This document shows positions 52,953 to 63,915 of a stretch of 64,000 nucleotides of DNA, piece after piece (the stretch's first letter is position 1; every line of letters begins with the position of its first letter). This DNA is from Trueperaceae bacterium. Its GTDB lineage: Bacteria > Deinococcota > Deinococci > Deinococcales > Trueperaceae. Location: the NCBI GenBank assembly GCA_965213925.1, contig OZ243927.1, forward strand, positions 3,200,001 through 3,264,000, given 5' to 3'. Below the pieces are notes generated by a model that saw only the letters and a list, made by a program, of their open reading frames with translations, did no database searches and was not told where the DNA came from. Position numbers and translations under genes: made by a program.

Positions 52953-53052
52953 ACTTCCTCCTTAGCTCCCCCGAGAGGTCTGAGCCTCTGGGGTTCTAGC
53001 GCTATCGACTACTTAGTCGCTTCAATAGCTAGTTCTTAGTCTGCTTTTGAAT

Positions 53053-53184
53053 TGTCACCCTGAGCCGAAGGCGTAAGGGTCTCGTTTCGCAATCTCCGAC
53101 AGTGGAGAAGGCAAATGCAGAAATTCTTTCATCAGGCGAAGCCAATCCTGTAAAGGGCTCCACTTCGTTCCGTTCAGAATGACA
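53053..53184. repeat. REP/REPIN-like palindromic element
   Basis: TGTCACCCTGAGC...GTTCAGAATGACA terminal IR enclosing small hairpins. Confidence 0.7.
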
Positions 53185-53196
53185 CAGCGGTCATAC

Positions 53197-53754
53197 TTAG
53201 TTCTTCATAACCTGCGAAAAATCGAGTTCAACAGGCGTTTCACGTCCGAAAATAGAAACGAGTACCTTAACTTTGCCGCGCTCGGGGTTAAGTTCTGATA
53301 CTACACCCGTAAAGTCTGCAAACGGTCCCGAGGTGACTTGCACCATCTCGCCGACGTTAAAGCTGACCCGAACTTTGGGCGTCTCTTTTGTTTCAGAAAT
53401 GCCTAGCGTGCCGAGCATCCGTGCTTCTTCCTCTTGCGTGAGGGGAACCGCCCGCGTCGCTGTACCGACAAACCCTGTGACGCCAGGCGTGTTGCGCACG
53501 ACTTCCCACGCTTCGTTAGGTTCGTCTAAGTTGTCACCCAAATCCATCTGCACGAAGACGTAGCCTGGAAAGAGCTTGCGCTTGACGACCTCTTTCTTGC
53601 CGCCGCCCGCATGTTCAACGGTCTCTTCAGACGGGACAATGACCTGATAGACCATGTCCGCCATGCCCAACGACCTCGCACGCTGCATCATGTTGGTGCG
53701 CACCTTCTCCTCGTGACCGACGTAGGTATGAACGGCGTACCATTCGATACTCAT
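53197..53754 (-). CDS. nusG: Transcription factor NusG
   Basis: [26 protein letters not shown]. Confidence 0.99.
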   Translation of the reverse strand: MSIEWYAVHTYVGHEEKVRTNMMQRARSLGMADMVYQVIVPSEETVEHAGGGKKEVVKRKLFPGYVFVQMDLGDNLDEPNEAWEVVRNTPGVTGFVGTATRAVPLTQEEEARMLGTLGISETKETPKVRVSFNVGEMVQVTSGPFADFTGVVSELNPERGKVKVLVSIFGRETPVELDFSQVMKN

Positions 53755-53818
53755 GCGCGGACCTCGCGAAAAAGTCTAAGTTGTGCCTGATGGCTAGACA
53801 TACACGTCACGTCCTAAA

Positions 53819-53998
53819 CTAGATAACGAAGTTGATGAGGTTGCCGAAAATCGTATCCACTGCGAGCAAGAAGATCGCCGTGACGAGCACGAAGATGAGC
53901 GTCGCTTGGGTGGACTGGACGACCTCGTCGCGGGTGGGCCAAGTGACGCGCCCGAGTTCCGCGCGAGAGTTCCTTAGATACTTGAGAACCCTATTCAC
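53819..53998 (-). CDS. secE: Preprotein translocase SecE
   Basis: Hand translation MNRVLKYLRNSRAELGRVTWPTRDE plus TM helix. Confidence 0.95.
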   Translation of the reverse strand: MNRVLKYLRNSRAELGRVTWPTRDEVVQSTQATLIFVLVTAIFLLAVDTIFGNLINFVI

Positions 53999-54000
53999 AC

Positions 54001-54165
54001 TTACACCTTAACTTCGCGGTGCTGGGTGTGCTTGCGGTCCCAGGGACAGTATTTGCGCAGCTCGAGCTTCGCCTGGGTATTACGACGGTTCTTATTCGTC
54101 GTGTAGTTGCGGCGCTTGCACTCTTGGCACTCGAGCAGCAGCTTGATTCTTACATCGCTCGCCAT
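54001..54165 (-). CDS. rpmG: 50S ribosomal protein L33
   Basis: Hand translation [21 protein letters not shown]...[17 protein letters not shown]. Confidence 0.97.
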   Translation of the reverse strand: MASDVRIKLLLECQECKRRNYTTNKNRRNTQAKLELRKYCPWDRKHTQHREVKV

Positions 54166-54253
54166 TTTAACTCCTAAACAGCCTTCTCCTATAGCCTGCT
54201 GAAACGAGAAGAGGGAGACACAGTCTAAACTGTGCTCCCTTAGATTCTCTAAC

Positions 54254-55471
54254 TTACTTCGTCACTTCCGTCACGACGCCTGCACCCACGGTCCGACCAC
54301 CTTCACGAATGGCAAAGCGCAAGCCCTCCTCCATCGCAATCGGCTTGATCAGTTCAACGTCAAGTTCCACGTTGTCCCCAGGCATCACCATCTCTACCCC
54401 GTCAGGCAAGGTGCACACACCCGTGACGTCCGTCGTGCGGAAGTAGAACTGCGGGCGGTAGCCCGTGAAAAAAGCAGAGTGGCGTCCGCCCTCCTCCTTC
54501 TTGAGGATATACACCGAGCCCTTGAAGCCCGTGTGCGGGGTGATGGTGCCCGGCTTGGCTAAGACTTGTCCTCGTTCGATGTCGTCACGCTGCACGCCGC
54601 GAAGAAGCACGCCCACGTTATCGCCCGCGATACCCGAGTCCAACGTCTTACGGTGCATCTCGACGCCCGTGACAACTGACTTGCGGGTATCAGTTAAGCC
54701 GACGATGGCGATCTCTTCGCCGGTCTTGACCTGTCCACGCTCAACTCTACCGGTGGCAACCGTGCCACGACCCGTGATGGTGAACACGTCTTCGACGGGC
54801 ATCAAGAAGGGTTTGTCCACGTCGCGCTCAGGCGTGGGGATGTAGGAGTCCACCGCGTCAAGCAGGTCCCATATCTTATCGACCCACTCGTTCTCGCCTC
54901 TTTGGGTGTTGGGGTTCTCGCCCAGGGCTTCGAGGGCTTTAAGAGCCGAGCCTGCGACAATCGGGGTGTCGTCGCCGGGGAACTCATAGGAATCTAGGAG
55001 TTCGCGCACTTCCATCTCGACGAGTTCTAATAACTCTTCGTCGTCGACCATGTCGGTCTTATTCATGAACACGACGATGTAGGGGACGCCCACCTGACGC
55101 GCCAAGAGGATATGTTCTCTCGTTTGCGGCATAGGACCATCTGCTGCCGAGACGACCAGGATTGCGCCGTCCATCTGGGCGGCACCTGTAATCATGTTCT
55201 TGACGTAGTCGGCGTGTCCGGGGCAGTCCACGTGCGAGTAGTGGCGCTCTTTCGTCTGGTACTCCACGTGCGAGGTGTTGATGGTGATGCCCCGCGCTTT
55301 TTCCTCGGGGGCTTTGTCGATCATATCGTAGCTGAGTGTTTCCACCGTAGGATCAGCGGCGGCGGCTGTAAAGGTGATCGCAGCCGTTAAGGTGGTCTTG
55401 CCGTGGTCTACATGTCCTACCGTGCCGATGTTCACGTGCGGTTTCGTGCGGTTGAATGTGGCTTTGGCCAT
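54254..55471 (-). CDS. tuf: Elongation factor Tu
   Basis: [14 protein letters not shown]. Confidence 0.99.
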   Translation of the reverse strand: MAKATFNRTKPHVNIGTVGHVDHGKTTLTAAITFTAAAADPTVETLSYDMIDKAPEEKARGITINTSHVEYQTKERHYSHVDCPGHADYVKNMITGAAQMDGAILVVSAADGPMPQTREHILLARQVGVPYIVVFMNKTDMVDDEELLELVEMEVRELLDSYEFPGDDTPIVAGSALKALEALGENPNTQRGENEWVDKIWDLLDAVDSYIPTPERDVDKPFLMPVEDVFTITGRGTVATGRVERGQVKTGEEIAIVGLTDTRKSVVTGVEMHRKTLDSGIAGDNVGVLLRGVQRDDIERGQVLAKPGTITPHTGFKGSVYILKKEEGGRHSAFFTGYRPQFYFRTTDVTGVCTLPDGVEMVMPGDNVELDVELIKPIAMEEGLRFAIREGGRTVGAGVVTEVTK

Positions 55472-55591
55472 TATTCCGTTCCTCTCCTGTCTCTCCTAGA
55501 TACTTCTTATCTGTAAGAACTTGACAGTCAAAATTTAGCCAGTATCCCTTATCTTTTCGGGTCTGACTTCTTAAAGGTTTTGGTTCTAAGT

Positions 55592-55666
<75 letters not shown>

Positions 55667-55771
55667 CTACTTGAGAACCTTCTGGAAAACAGGTTACACC
55701 CTATTTCTAAGGTGACTCGCTCCGCTCGCTTCGGACGGGCAGAGCCCGAGCCGAAAAGCGGACCTGTTTTT

Positions 55772-55845
<74 letters not shown>

Positions 55846-56039
55846 AAGAGAGGTATCATCTATCAGAAAAACAATACCTGTTTCCTGCCAAGTGGGGTAT
55901 CATCCGTCCTCGGAATCGCCCCGTTTCGTAGAGAGGTATCATCTATTAAAAAACGCAATCAGTTTAGATTGACTGTCTTTTTGATACCTCTTGCTCTCGA
56001 GCCCCCACTATCTCTAACGAAGAACTCGAGCCTTACTCC

Positions 56040-56124
56040 TGGTGGGCCGGGATGGATTTGAACCATCGTAGGCGTAGCCAACGGATTTACAGTCCGTCCC
56101 CTTTAACCACTCGGGCACCGACCC
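56040..56124 (-). tRNA. tRNA-Tyr(GTA)
   Basis: Cloverleaf with long variable arm, loop CTGTAAA, CCA. Confidence 0.96.
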
Positions 56125-56191
56125 GCGCACCAGATGCCACTTAAAAAACCTCAGAGCGCTATCAGTAAGTAGAAACGAATCTCCGAGATTT

Positions 56192-56267
56192 TGGAGCCAC
56201 CCATCGGAATCGAACCGACAACCTTTCGATTACAAATCGAGTGCTCTGCCAGTTGAGCTAGGGTGGC
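56192..56267 (-). tRNA. tRNA-Thr(TGT)
   Basis: Cloverleaf, loop TTTGTAA, CCA. Confidence 0.96.
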
Positions 56268-56399
56268 AAAAAGCAGCTCAGACAGAGGCGCACAACCTCG
56301 CGTCCGAATTGACAGCCTAGCATGCCCTTTTGCGAGGTGTCAACAAGGATGGAGACAAATTTTATAGCGGTTTTTTGGAAGGCGGGCTCGAGCCTTTTT

Positions 56400-57425
56400 T
56401 CACCTGCTTTCGAAGCCAGTAAGTACGTTGGTGACATTTTTTCCCAACGCCTCTACCGCGTAGCCACCTTCCATTACGAAGAGGGTTGGTAACTCGAGGC
56501 TCGCTAAGCGTGCGCCTAACTCCGAGAAGTCTTGAGCGTGTAAGGTGAAGCTCGAGATGGGGTCGTCCACAAAACTATCCACCCCGAGTGATACGAGGAG
56601 CACATCCGGTGCGAACTCCTCAATTTGCGTTAGAGCCGTTTGCAACGCTTTTCTGTAACCTTGCCAATCCGTCTTGAGGGGAAGAGGTAAGTTGAGATTA
56701 AAGCCCTCGCCCTCCCCTATCCCACGCTCGCCTTCGTAGCCGGAAAAGTACGGATAATCGTAAGCGGGGTCCGCGTGGAGCGAGATGTAAAAAATGTCAC
56801 TCCTGTTATAGAAGATGGATTGCGTGCCGTTGCCGTGGTGGTAGTCCACGTCTAAGAGGGCGACGCGCTTGTCCTCATCCGCAAAGGCTTGCGCCGCAAC
56901 CCCCGCGTTGTTCAAAAAGCAGTAACCGCCGTAGAGGTCCGCTGCGGCGTGGTGTCCGGGCGGGCGGCAGAGGGCGAAAGCGGCGCGTTCGCCTTTTGAA
57001 ACGAGTTTCCGCGCCGTCAGCGCAACGTTTACTGAAGAGGTTGCCGCTCGCCAAGTTCCCGCTGTGACGGGCGTCGCCGCGTCAAACGAGTAATAGCTCA
57101 GCTTACCTTCCACCGTCTTCGGGATTTTCGGGGAGAAGCCGCGTACTGCCCAGTTAAGAGGTAAGGCGTCACGTTTACCAAAGGTTTCAGACCACTCGCT
57201 ATAGGCTGTTCGTAAAAAGGCGACGAACTCCGAATCGTGCACGCGCAAAACCGGCTCTAAACCGAAATCTTCTGGTGGGATAACCTCTCCCAAGCTAACC
57301 TCTTGTACGCTCCGCAAAATCATCTCGGCGCGTTCGGGTTTTTCGACGGGAGGTTTGAGCTGTCCGTCGATGAGTTCAGCTTGTCCGTGATGAAGTTTGT
57401 GGTCTTCGCCGTAGACGGTCTTCAC
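56400..57425 (-). CDS. Acetylpolyamine amidohydrolase (HDAC family)
   Basis: RPPGHHA, GGYCFLNN, DVDYHHGNGTQ, EGGY. Confidence 0.92.
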   Translation of the reverse strand: MKTVYGEDHKLHHGQAELIDGQLKPPVEKPERAEMILRSVQEVSLGEVIPPEDFGLEPVLRVHDSEFVAFLRTAYSEWSETFGKRDALPLNWAVRGFSPKIPKTVEGKLSYYSFDAATPVTAGTWRAATSSVNVALTARKLVSKGERAAFALCRPPGHHAAADLYGGYCFLNNAGVAAQAFADEDKRVALLDVDYHHGNGTQSIFYNRSDIFYISLHADPAYDYPYFSGYEGERGIGEGEGFNLNLPLPLKTDWQGYRKALQTALTQIEEFAPDVLLVSLGVDSFVDDPISSFTLHAQDFSELGARLASLELPTLFVMEGGYAVEALGKNVTNVLTGFESR

Positions 57426-59125
57426 GGTCTCGGCTTGAGCCTCGAGAGAAAACCCTCTGCGGTCGGCGCAGTGTTCACTACATCGTCCACGCTCAGACCC
57501 GCCTTTCGCGCCATCATCACGCCGTAGCGCACGTCGTCATAACCGCTCGTGTGGTGCGCGTCGGGGTCGATGGAGAAGGTGCAGCCTAAACGCTTCGCCT
57601 TGATGACCCAGCGCCAGTCGAGGTCGAGTCGGCGCGTGTTGGCGTTGATTTCGATGACGGTTCCGGTTTCGGCACAGGCTTCAATGACCTCTTGTAAATT
57701 GACGGCGTAGCCCGGTCTGCGCAGCAAGAGGCGTCCGGTGGGGTGGGCGAGAATGGTGGCGTAAGGGTTTCGCACCGCGTTCACGATGCGCCCCGTCTGC
57801 TTGGCTTCGCCCAGGGTAAAATTTTGGTGGACGCTGATGACAGTATAGTCGAGCGTCGCTAAAACCTCATCGGGGTAGTCGAGCTTGCCGTCTGGCATGA
57901 TGTCCACTTCTACCCCATGTAACACCTTAAAGTTACTACCTTCATCTACAAGTTCTTGCTGAATCTTCGCAATTTCCGCTGACTGCTGCTCGACTCGCTT
58001 GATGCTCAAGCCGTTGGCGTAGTAAGAGGTCCTCGAGTGGTCCGCCATCGCCAGATAGGTGTAGCCCAACTCCCGCGCCGCCGCGACCATCTCCCGCAAC
58101 GACGACGCCCCATCTGACCAGGTCGAGTGGTTGTGAATCACGCCGCGCATGGCGTCCATTGAAATGAGGTCGTCCGGTGAAGAGGTCTGGACGCCCTCGC
58201 GTTGTTCGGGTGAGATATAGGGGATATCCAAGTGTTCAAATACGGTGCGTTCTTCGGGCGTAGGAATGAATTCATCCTCTTTGAAAAGACCCTCGGGGCA
58301 GAGCTTGTAACCTCTTCCGTCAGCCTTGTCTTTCAACATCTCCACGAACGCTTTGCCACCCGTTTTCACGGCTAAAGCTGCGCCTAGCGCGTCCTCTTGG
58401 ACGAGGGTTAGCTCGAGCCGTCGCCCCTCGAAGTCCGCCTCGAGATAGGGCGGATTCGTCTCCAAATCCTCTACAAACGGCCCTAAGACCTGAGCGACCT
58501 CTTCAAAACTCACGCCTGTGACGATGACGTCCAAATCGCCTACCGTTTCCAAGCTGCGGCGCAAGCTGCCTGCGAAGGTCAACTTTGCCTGTGGCAACGC
58601 GGCGTTCATGACCTCTTGGAGCGCCGAGGCGTACGCTTCGGCAACGTCTAAGCGCATCCGCTTTTTTGCCTCCAAAGCGAACTCCGCCGCGTTCAAGATA
58701 GATTCCGCACTTTTCTTCCCGAATCCTTTAAGCGACGCGACGCGCCCATCGCGGCTCGCTTCTACAAGCTCGTCCAAGTCAGCAATACCATTTTGCCAGA
58801 GCAGACTGATTTTTTTCGCGCCTAAACCCGACACGACGAAGAGGTTGCGCACGCCTTCGGGCACGCGCCCGTAAAGCTCGTCTAAAACACTGAGCGTTTC
58901 ACGCTCTTTTAGGGTCATGATTTCGGCGGCGAGCCCCTGACCGATGCCGCGAATTTGGGTGAGCTTGCCCATTTCGAAGAGGTGTGAAAAGTCGCCCTCG
59001 AAGTTCTCCAACTGCCGCGCGGCGTTCGCATACGCCTTGGCTCGGTGAGGCTCTTCGGCCAGGACCTCGAGCAGTTTCGCCGCCTCACTGAGTTGGGCGA
59101 CGAGTTGTTTTTTCGTGATCTCCAT
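57422..59125 (-). CDS. polX: DNA polymerase X with PHP exonuclease domain
   Basis: HhH motifs, AGSLRR, GDLD, HNHSTWSDG, HPTGR, DAH. Confidence 0.93.
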   Translation of the reverse strand: MEITKKQLVAQLSEAAKLLEVLAEEPHRAKAYANAARQLENFEGDFSHLFEMGKLTQIRGIGQGLAAEIMTLKERETLSVLDELYGRVPEGVRNLFVVSGLGAKKISLLWQNGIADLDELVEASRDGRVASLKGFGKKSAESILNAAEFALEAKKRMRLDVAEAYASALQEVMNAALPQAKLTFAGSLRRSLETVGDLDVIVTGVSFEEVAQVLGPFVEDLETNPPYLEADFEGRRLELTLVQEDALGAALAVKTGGKAFVEMLKDKADGRGYKLCPEGLFKEDEFIPTPEERTVFEHLDIPYISPEQREGVQTSSPDDLISMDAMRGVIHNHSTWSDGASSLREMVAAARELGYTYLAMADHSRTSYYANGLSIKRVEQQSAEIAKIQQELVDEGSNFKVLHGVEVDIMPDGKLDYPDEVLATLDYTVISVHQNFTLGEAKQTGRIVNAVRNPYATILAHPTGRLLLRRPGYAVNLQEVIEACAETGTVIEINANTRRLDLDWRWVIKAKRLGCTFSIDPDAHHTSGYDDVRYGVMMARKAGLSVDDVVNTAPTAEGFLSRLKPRP

Positions 59126-59164
59126 AGCGCATCTTAACCGAGCACAGCAAGTTTTCGGTACACT

Positions 59165-59656
59165 GTGGCGGTGCGCACTTCTATTTTGACTTTACTTATC
59201 CTTTTGGGTTCTGCCACGTTTGGGCAGTCGGTGTGGTTAGAGGGCGGCCTTGGCTACGACGAGAACAAGGCGACCAATACCTACGACCTCTCTTTTAAGG
59301 GAGGCGTACGCGGCACCTATCCGCTGAGGGAGGAACTGCTCAGCCGTTCGGGTCTTTACGCGGCGGCAGCGTGGCGAAGAGGTGTTCTTGTGGATGCGGG
59401 TGGCTGGTTCACCTTCTTGCCCGAAGGGAACGAGCTTTACGGCTTCGAGGCGCATCTTGGGGCGGGGCTCACCTACGCGGTAGACAGCTTTGGTGTGGCG
59501 CTCAGCGCGGGGCTCAGTTACGACCTCACGCAGGGGATAGCACTGTCGTTCGTCTACACGCATCGCCCCTTGTTGCTGCCCGAACTCAAGCAGGCGTTCG
59601 ACCTTTCAGCGGGCGTCAGGATCGATCTGGATGAGGAACTGTTCGGGCTGCGTTGA
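59165..59656 (+). CDS. Exported hypothetical protein, beta-barrel-like
   Basis: Signal peptide; alternating Gly/aromatic strands. Confidence 0.65.
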   Translation: MAVRTSILTLLILLGSATFGQSVWLEGGLGYDENKATNTYDLSFKGGVRGTYPLREELLSRSGLYAAAAWRRGVLVDAGGWFTFLPEGNELYGFEAHLGAGLTYAVDSFGVALSAGLSYDLTQGIALSFVYTHRPLLLPELKQAFDLSAGVRIDLDEELFGLR

Positions 59657-59806
59657 GACGCGGAAACAATCCCGTCAGAGGAACTCAGGCGCGCTTCAGA
59701 ACTGCTGCCCTCCTGACCGAGCAGGCTCCATAAAGGAGAAAATGCCGCGTGTCGGCTGTACCTCATGTGAGTTAGCGTTCTTCGGCAGATCAAGGCGCGT
59801 GCGTAC

Positions 59807-59838
59807 AAAAAAAGCGAGAGGTTGGCGTCAACCTCTCT
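59807..59838 (-). terminator. rpmE terminator
   Basis: GAGAGGTTG / CAACCTCTC stem with T tract on minus strand. Confidence 0.75.
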
Positions 59839-59846
59839 AAGTATTT

Positions 59847-60068
59847 TTACTTCTTACGGTTGCGGCGGTAGCTCTCGCCGAAACGCTTCTGGAACTTCTC
59901 GACGCGACCTTCGGTGTCGATAAAGCGCTGCTGCCCCGTGTAAAAGGGGTGATTACCCGACCACACGTCTACGCGGACCTCGGGCTTGGTGCTGTAGGTT
60001 TCCATCACGACTTCGCCGTCGCAGTAAACTTTGCACGGGACCATCTTGGGGTGAATATCTTTTTTCAT
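59847..60068 (-). CDS. rpmE: 50S ribosomal protein L31
   Basis: MKKDIHP, HPFYTG, GRVEKF. Confidence 0.98.
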   Translation of the reverse strand: MKKDIHPKMVPCKVYCDGEVVMETYSTKPEVRVDVWSGNHPFYTGQQRFIDTEGRVEKFQKRFGESYRRNRKK

Positions 60069-60424
60069 AACATCTCCTTTTGCGGATAACGGCTCTATAA
60101 TTCAAACGCTACAGGCGTTCTGCCTGCAAAACAAACTTGATTCTAGCAGACATGGCTCGGCGTCCACAACTCGGCACGAACCGGTCCAGCAATTCCAAAC
60201 GGAAGCGGTAGTTTGTGGAGACGGAAAAGTAGCTCGAGCGAGTGGATACTCGCACGCTCGGTGCGTGCTCGTGTCGGCGCAAACATCACCTTGATTTTGT
60301 CGGCTACTCAACCCGTACCCTGAGCCAGAACTTCGACTTCTTGAAATTCTCTGTTTCCCGCCCGAAAGGTTGGCGAAATTTTCACTTGGCTGCACAAGCT
60401 CGGCATTTTTCGTTATGCTAGAGT

Positions 60425-61327
60425 GTGATTCGTTCCCTTGCCCCCGACGAGCTAGAGTGGTTTATCGCATCTTATTACGACTTTTTAGGGCACAGCGACC
60501 CTCGGCACTTCGCGCGGCGAGCCGTGCGCAAGGTTCACAACGTGGCGCACCACCTAGAGCAGGAGGCGGACCGCTCCTTCATCCTCTTTTCAGAAGGAGA
60601 CGTGCCGCTCGCGGGCGCTCACATCATCGCGCCCGAGCCCGATGACGACGACCAAAACCTCTATTTGAGCAACATCTGGTTCAAGCGTGACGCCGAGGAT
60701 TTGCAGAGGCTTTTAGCGAAGCTGTTACGCAGGTTCGACCATGAGGCGGTGCACTGCCCGCTCTACAACTTCTCGGAGGCGCGTTTGGCGCGCGTGCAGC
60801 CCGTGTTTGAGGCACTCGGCTTTACACTCCGCCACGCTTACGACCTGGAATTCGAACTGAGCGAGCTGCCCCCCTTGGGCACACCTCTGGTGCTCGAGGC
60901 GTGGAGCGACGAGAGCGACGCGCTCTTCCGGGAGGTCTATAGAGACGCCGAAGGCAGCGACCCGTCCGACGGCTTCTGGGCTTGGCTCAAACGCTGGCGC
61001 GGACCCTTCCGCCCCAACTTGTGGTTTACCGCGAGCGAGACGCTCGACCAGGAACCCGTCGGCTACGCCTTTTACGGCAGATATAGCGGCGGCGTAGACG
61101 GCGTCTACTACCTCACGGCGGCGGGCGTTTTAGCGGAGCACCGGGGCTCGAGCGACATGCTTAAACGCCTCATGATTTCGAGTATGCACGAACTCGCCGC
61201 CCGCAGCCCCCTCGGGCGCATCCAGACGCTCGTCACGCAGCAAGACCCCAAACTCATCGAGATTTTGGAGTCGTTAGGTTTCAGGCGGCGCGACGCCTAC
61301 CCTGCGTTTATCAAGCGTCCTGAATAG
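60425..61327 (+). CDS. Hypothetical tandem GNAT-fold protein
   Basis: GVLAEHRG, LESLGF; TATGCT box before GTG. Confidence 0.65.
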   Translation: MIRSLAPDELEWFIASYYDFLGHSDPRHFARRAVRKVHNVAHHLEQEADRSFILFSEGDVPLAGAHIIAPEPDDDDQNLYLSNIWFKRDAEDLQRLLAKLLRRFDHEAVHCPLYNFSEARLARVQPVFEALGFTLRHAYDLEFELSELPPLGTPLVLEAWSDESDALFREVYRDAEGSDPSDGFWAWLKRWRGPFRPNLWFTASETLDQEPVGYAFYGRYSGGVDGVYYLTAAGVLAEHRGSSDMLKRLMISSMHELAARSPLGRIQTLVTQQDPKLIEILESLGFRRRDAYPAFIKRPE

Positions 61328-61448
61328 AGTAGGACATACAGATCGACTTTCGTATTCCACATTTCTTTGCGTCTCGCGTCGCCCAAATCCTAATATACGG
61401 TAGTGGTTTCAAGTCCAATGCTGCCATGTGCTCCTTATGCTATCTCTA

Positions 61449-61559
61449 AAGCAATTCGCATAAACACTGAGCTTGAGTCACGTAAGTATCATTCTCGAAT
61501 GTGCGTGCTCGTCAATGTTGTCTCTTCCCGGATTGGCTCAAACCAAATGATACTTGCTA
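61449..61559 (+). repeat. Dispersed structured element, diverged (111 bp)
   Basis: GTAAGTATCATT...GTGCGTGCT...AATGATACTTGCTA, same spacing, compensatory changes. Confidence 0.85.
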
Positions 61560-61702
61560 TACGTAATGTACAAGGTTGAAACCCCTTGCTTTGACATCAG
61601 CATCATTCCAGATAAAGCCACTACCATGTAGACGTCATACGGACGAGCCGCTCCGTGTACGCCGAACGCATAGCGCTAGATTTGCGGTGCTAAACTCTCT
61701 TT

Positions 61703-62074
61703 ATGTACATCTTGATTCGTTGGCTTCTCAACGCACTTGCACTCTGGCTCACCGCGCAGCTCGGCGTCGGGCTCTACTTTACGCAGACGGGGCTCGTCCC
61801 TGTGCTCGTCGCGGCGCTTATCTTAGGGCTCGTCAACGCGGTCGTGCGCCCCGTTATGATCTTTCTGACGCTGCCGCTCACGATTATTACGTTGGGTCTT
61901 TTTCTGCTCGTCGTGAACGCGCTCTCGCTGGCGCTCGTCGCGGCGCTCACGCCCCTCGCGATTACAAACTTCTGGGGTGCGGTTTTCGGGGCGCTCATCC
62001 TCACCGTCATCAGCGCGCTCCTCAACGCGCTCGTCGGCGAGAACCGGCGCCGGGAGGTAGAGGAGTGGCGCTGA
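61703..62074 (+). CDS. 4-TMS membrane protein (YvlD/holin superfamily IV)
   Basis: LGLVNAVVRP, LPLTIITLGLF. Confidence 0.88.
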   Translation: MYILIRWLLNALALWLTAQLGVGLYFTQTGLVPVLVAALILGLVNAVVRPVMIFLTLPLTIITLGLFLLVVNALSLALVAALTPLAITNFWGAVFGALILTVISALLNALVGENRRREVEEWR

Positions 62075-62092
62075 GCCGCTGATATGAAGGCG

Positions 62093-62124
62093 AGCGCGGT
62101 TGCCCTGCAACCGCGCTTATTTTT
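62093..62124. terminator. Terminator between convergent genes
   Basis: AGCGCGGTTG-ccctg-CAACCGCGCT plus T tract. Confidence 0.75.
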
Positions 62125-62417
62125 TAGACCCGCACCGCTAGACCCGCAACCGACCCTATGTACTCATCGCGGTAGCGTGCTAGCTTGAGACCTCCGTCGC
62201 TCCTCAGCGCCACGATGTCGTCTAAGTAAATCGGCGCGTTCGGGAAGACGCGCACCTGTTCACCTCTGCGGAAACCCCAAGCGGGAATGTCGTGCTCGAG
62301 CACCCACGCCCCTTTGCGTATGGTAGGACTGTTCGGCGTGCAGGTAGCTTCGGGCTGAGGCTGTCTACTTGGCGAGAATTTAAGCCGTGCTTGCGTCGCT
62401 CTAAAGAACCGTTTCAT
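62124..62417 (-). CDS. Hypothetical protein
   Basis: TATGCT box 6 nt before ATG 62417. Confidence 0.55.
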   Translation of the reverse strand: MKRFFRATQARLKFSPSRQPQPEATCTPNSPTIRKGAWVLEHDIPAWGFRRGEQVRVFPNAPIYLDDIVALRSDGGLKLARYRDEYIGSVAGLAVRV

Positions 62418-62589
62418 ACTTTTAGCATAAGAATTTGCAGCGGTAACGAAGCGAAAAATTCGCGCTGCCAAGGACGTTTCGCATATCTCACACGGCGTGC
62501 TGTTTTAGACGTTCAGGTAGCCGCGTAACGTCAAGGAAAGGTCGGCGGCCCTTGCTTTTGGCACCCCACCGAATGGTTACACTGAACCT

Positions 62590-63846
62590 GTGAAAACTAT
62601 CGTTATCGGTGCGGGTCTGGCGGGTCTTACGGCGGCGAAGGTCTTGCACGGAGCCGGGGTCGACGTGAGCGTGCTCGAGTCCGAGCCTTCGGTGGGGGGG
62701 CGCGTGCGTTCGGAGCACGTGGACGGCTTTACCCTAGACCGAGGCTTCCAGGTGCTCTTTACCGCCTATCCCGCCGTGCAGCGCCACCTCGACTTGGCGC
62801 GTTTAGACCTCTCCCCTCTGCCGCCAGCGGCGGTGGTCTTCCGCGGGGACCGGCGCGAGACGCTCGGCGACCCCTTACGCGACCCGGCGAGCTTGTTCTC
62901 GACGCTGGGCGCAGCGGCGCTCACCACGCGCGACAAGCTGCGCGTCGTTCGCCTCGTCGCGAAACTTAAACTCGGTCCTGCGCATGCCCTGCTGCAGGGT
63001 CCGGATGAGACGGCGCTCGCTTACTTGCGGCGCAACGGCTTCTCGGAGCGCGCGGTGCGGACCTTTTTTGCGCCCTTCTTCGGCGGCATCTTTTTGAACC
63101 GCGACTTGAGCACGAGCGCGCGCCTCTTTCGCTACTACTTCCGGATGCTTATAGACGGCGACATCGCCACGCCCCGGCGCGGCATCGGCGCGGTTACGGC
63201 GCAGCTCGCGGAGGGCCTCCACGTGCGCACCGGCGCGCACGTCCAGCGTTTGGAGGCTCAGGACGAGCACGTCACCCTGCACACGACCCAGGGGACGCTG
63301 CGCGCCGAGCGCGTAGTCGTCGCGACCGCCCCGCCCGAGTTGCACCGGCTGACGGGCGTCGTCCCGAGCAAGGCCGCGGTCCCCAGCACCTATCTCTACT
63401 TCGCGAGCGAGGCGGGGCTCAGCGCCGAGCCCCGCCTCCTCCTTCAAGCCGAGGCGGGGCTCATCAACAACGCCCTGTGGAGCAGCCACACGAACCCCGA
63501 CCTCGCGCCCGCCGGTCAGCACCTCCTCGCCGTGACGGTGCTAGGCTCGCCCGAGCTGTCCGACGACGCGCTCGAGCACGCCGTGCGCGCCGAGTTGGGC
63601 CGTTGGTACGCCCGCGCTGAAGACTTGCGCCTCCTCCGCGTGCTCCGCCTCCCCTTCGCCCAGTTCGCGCAGCCGCCGGGGTTCAGCGCGACCCTGTTGG
63701 GGCACACGACCCCTCTGCCGGGCGTGCTTATCGCGTCCGAGGCGACCAGCATGAGTTCGGTCCAGGGCGCGATGGAGAGCGGCGAAAAGGCGGCGGCTAT
63801 CCTTCTCGGCGACGCGGCGGCGATGGGCCGGGCGCGCGGGGCGTAG
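62590..63846 (+). CDS. FAD-dependent oxidoreductase (amine oxidase family)
   Basis: IGAGLAGL, GGRV, LDRGFQV, GAMESG. Confidence 0.92.
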   Translation: MKTIVIGAGLAGLTAAKVLHGAGVDVSVLESEPSVGGRVRSEHVDGFTLDRGFQVLFTAYPAVQRHLDLARLDLSPLPPAAVVFRGDRRETLGDPLRDPASLFSTLGAAALTTRDKLRVVRLVAKLKLGPAHALLQGPDETALAYLRRNGFSERAVRTFFAPFFGGIFLNRDLSTSARLFRYYFRMLIDGDIATPRRGIGAVTAQLAEGLHVRTGAHVQRLEAQDEHVTLHTTQGTLRAERVVVATAPPELHRLTGVVPSKAAVPSTYLYFASEAGLSAEPRLLLQAEAGLINNALWSSHTNPDLAPAGQHLLAVTVLGSPELSDDALEHAVRAELGRWYARAEDLRLLRVLRLPFAQFAQPPGFSATLLGHTTPLPGVLIASEATSMSSVQGAMESGEKAAAILLGDAAAMGRARGA

Positions 63847-63915
63847 CGGCGCGCGTTGGCTCGAGCCCACGATGAACGACACTTCTTCTGCGCACGCGGT
63901 AGACTCCTAACTGGC

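Noticed and set aside
41973..55471. Many antisense and alternate-frame ORFs over rpoBC, tuf, phoA and the GGDEF gene
   Set aside because: Expected shadow ORFs of GC-rich coding DNA
61703..62074. Prophage suggested by holin-family protein
   Set aside because: Common chromosomal membrane protein; no phage genes nearby
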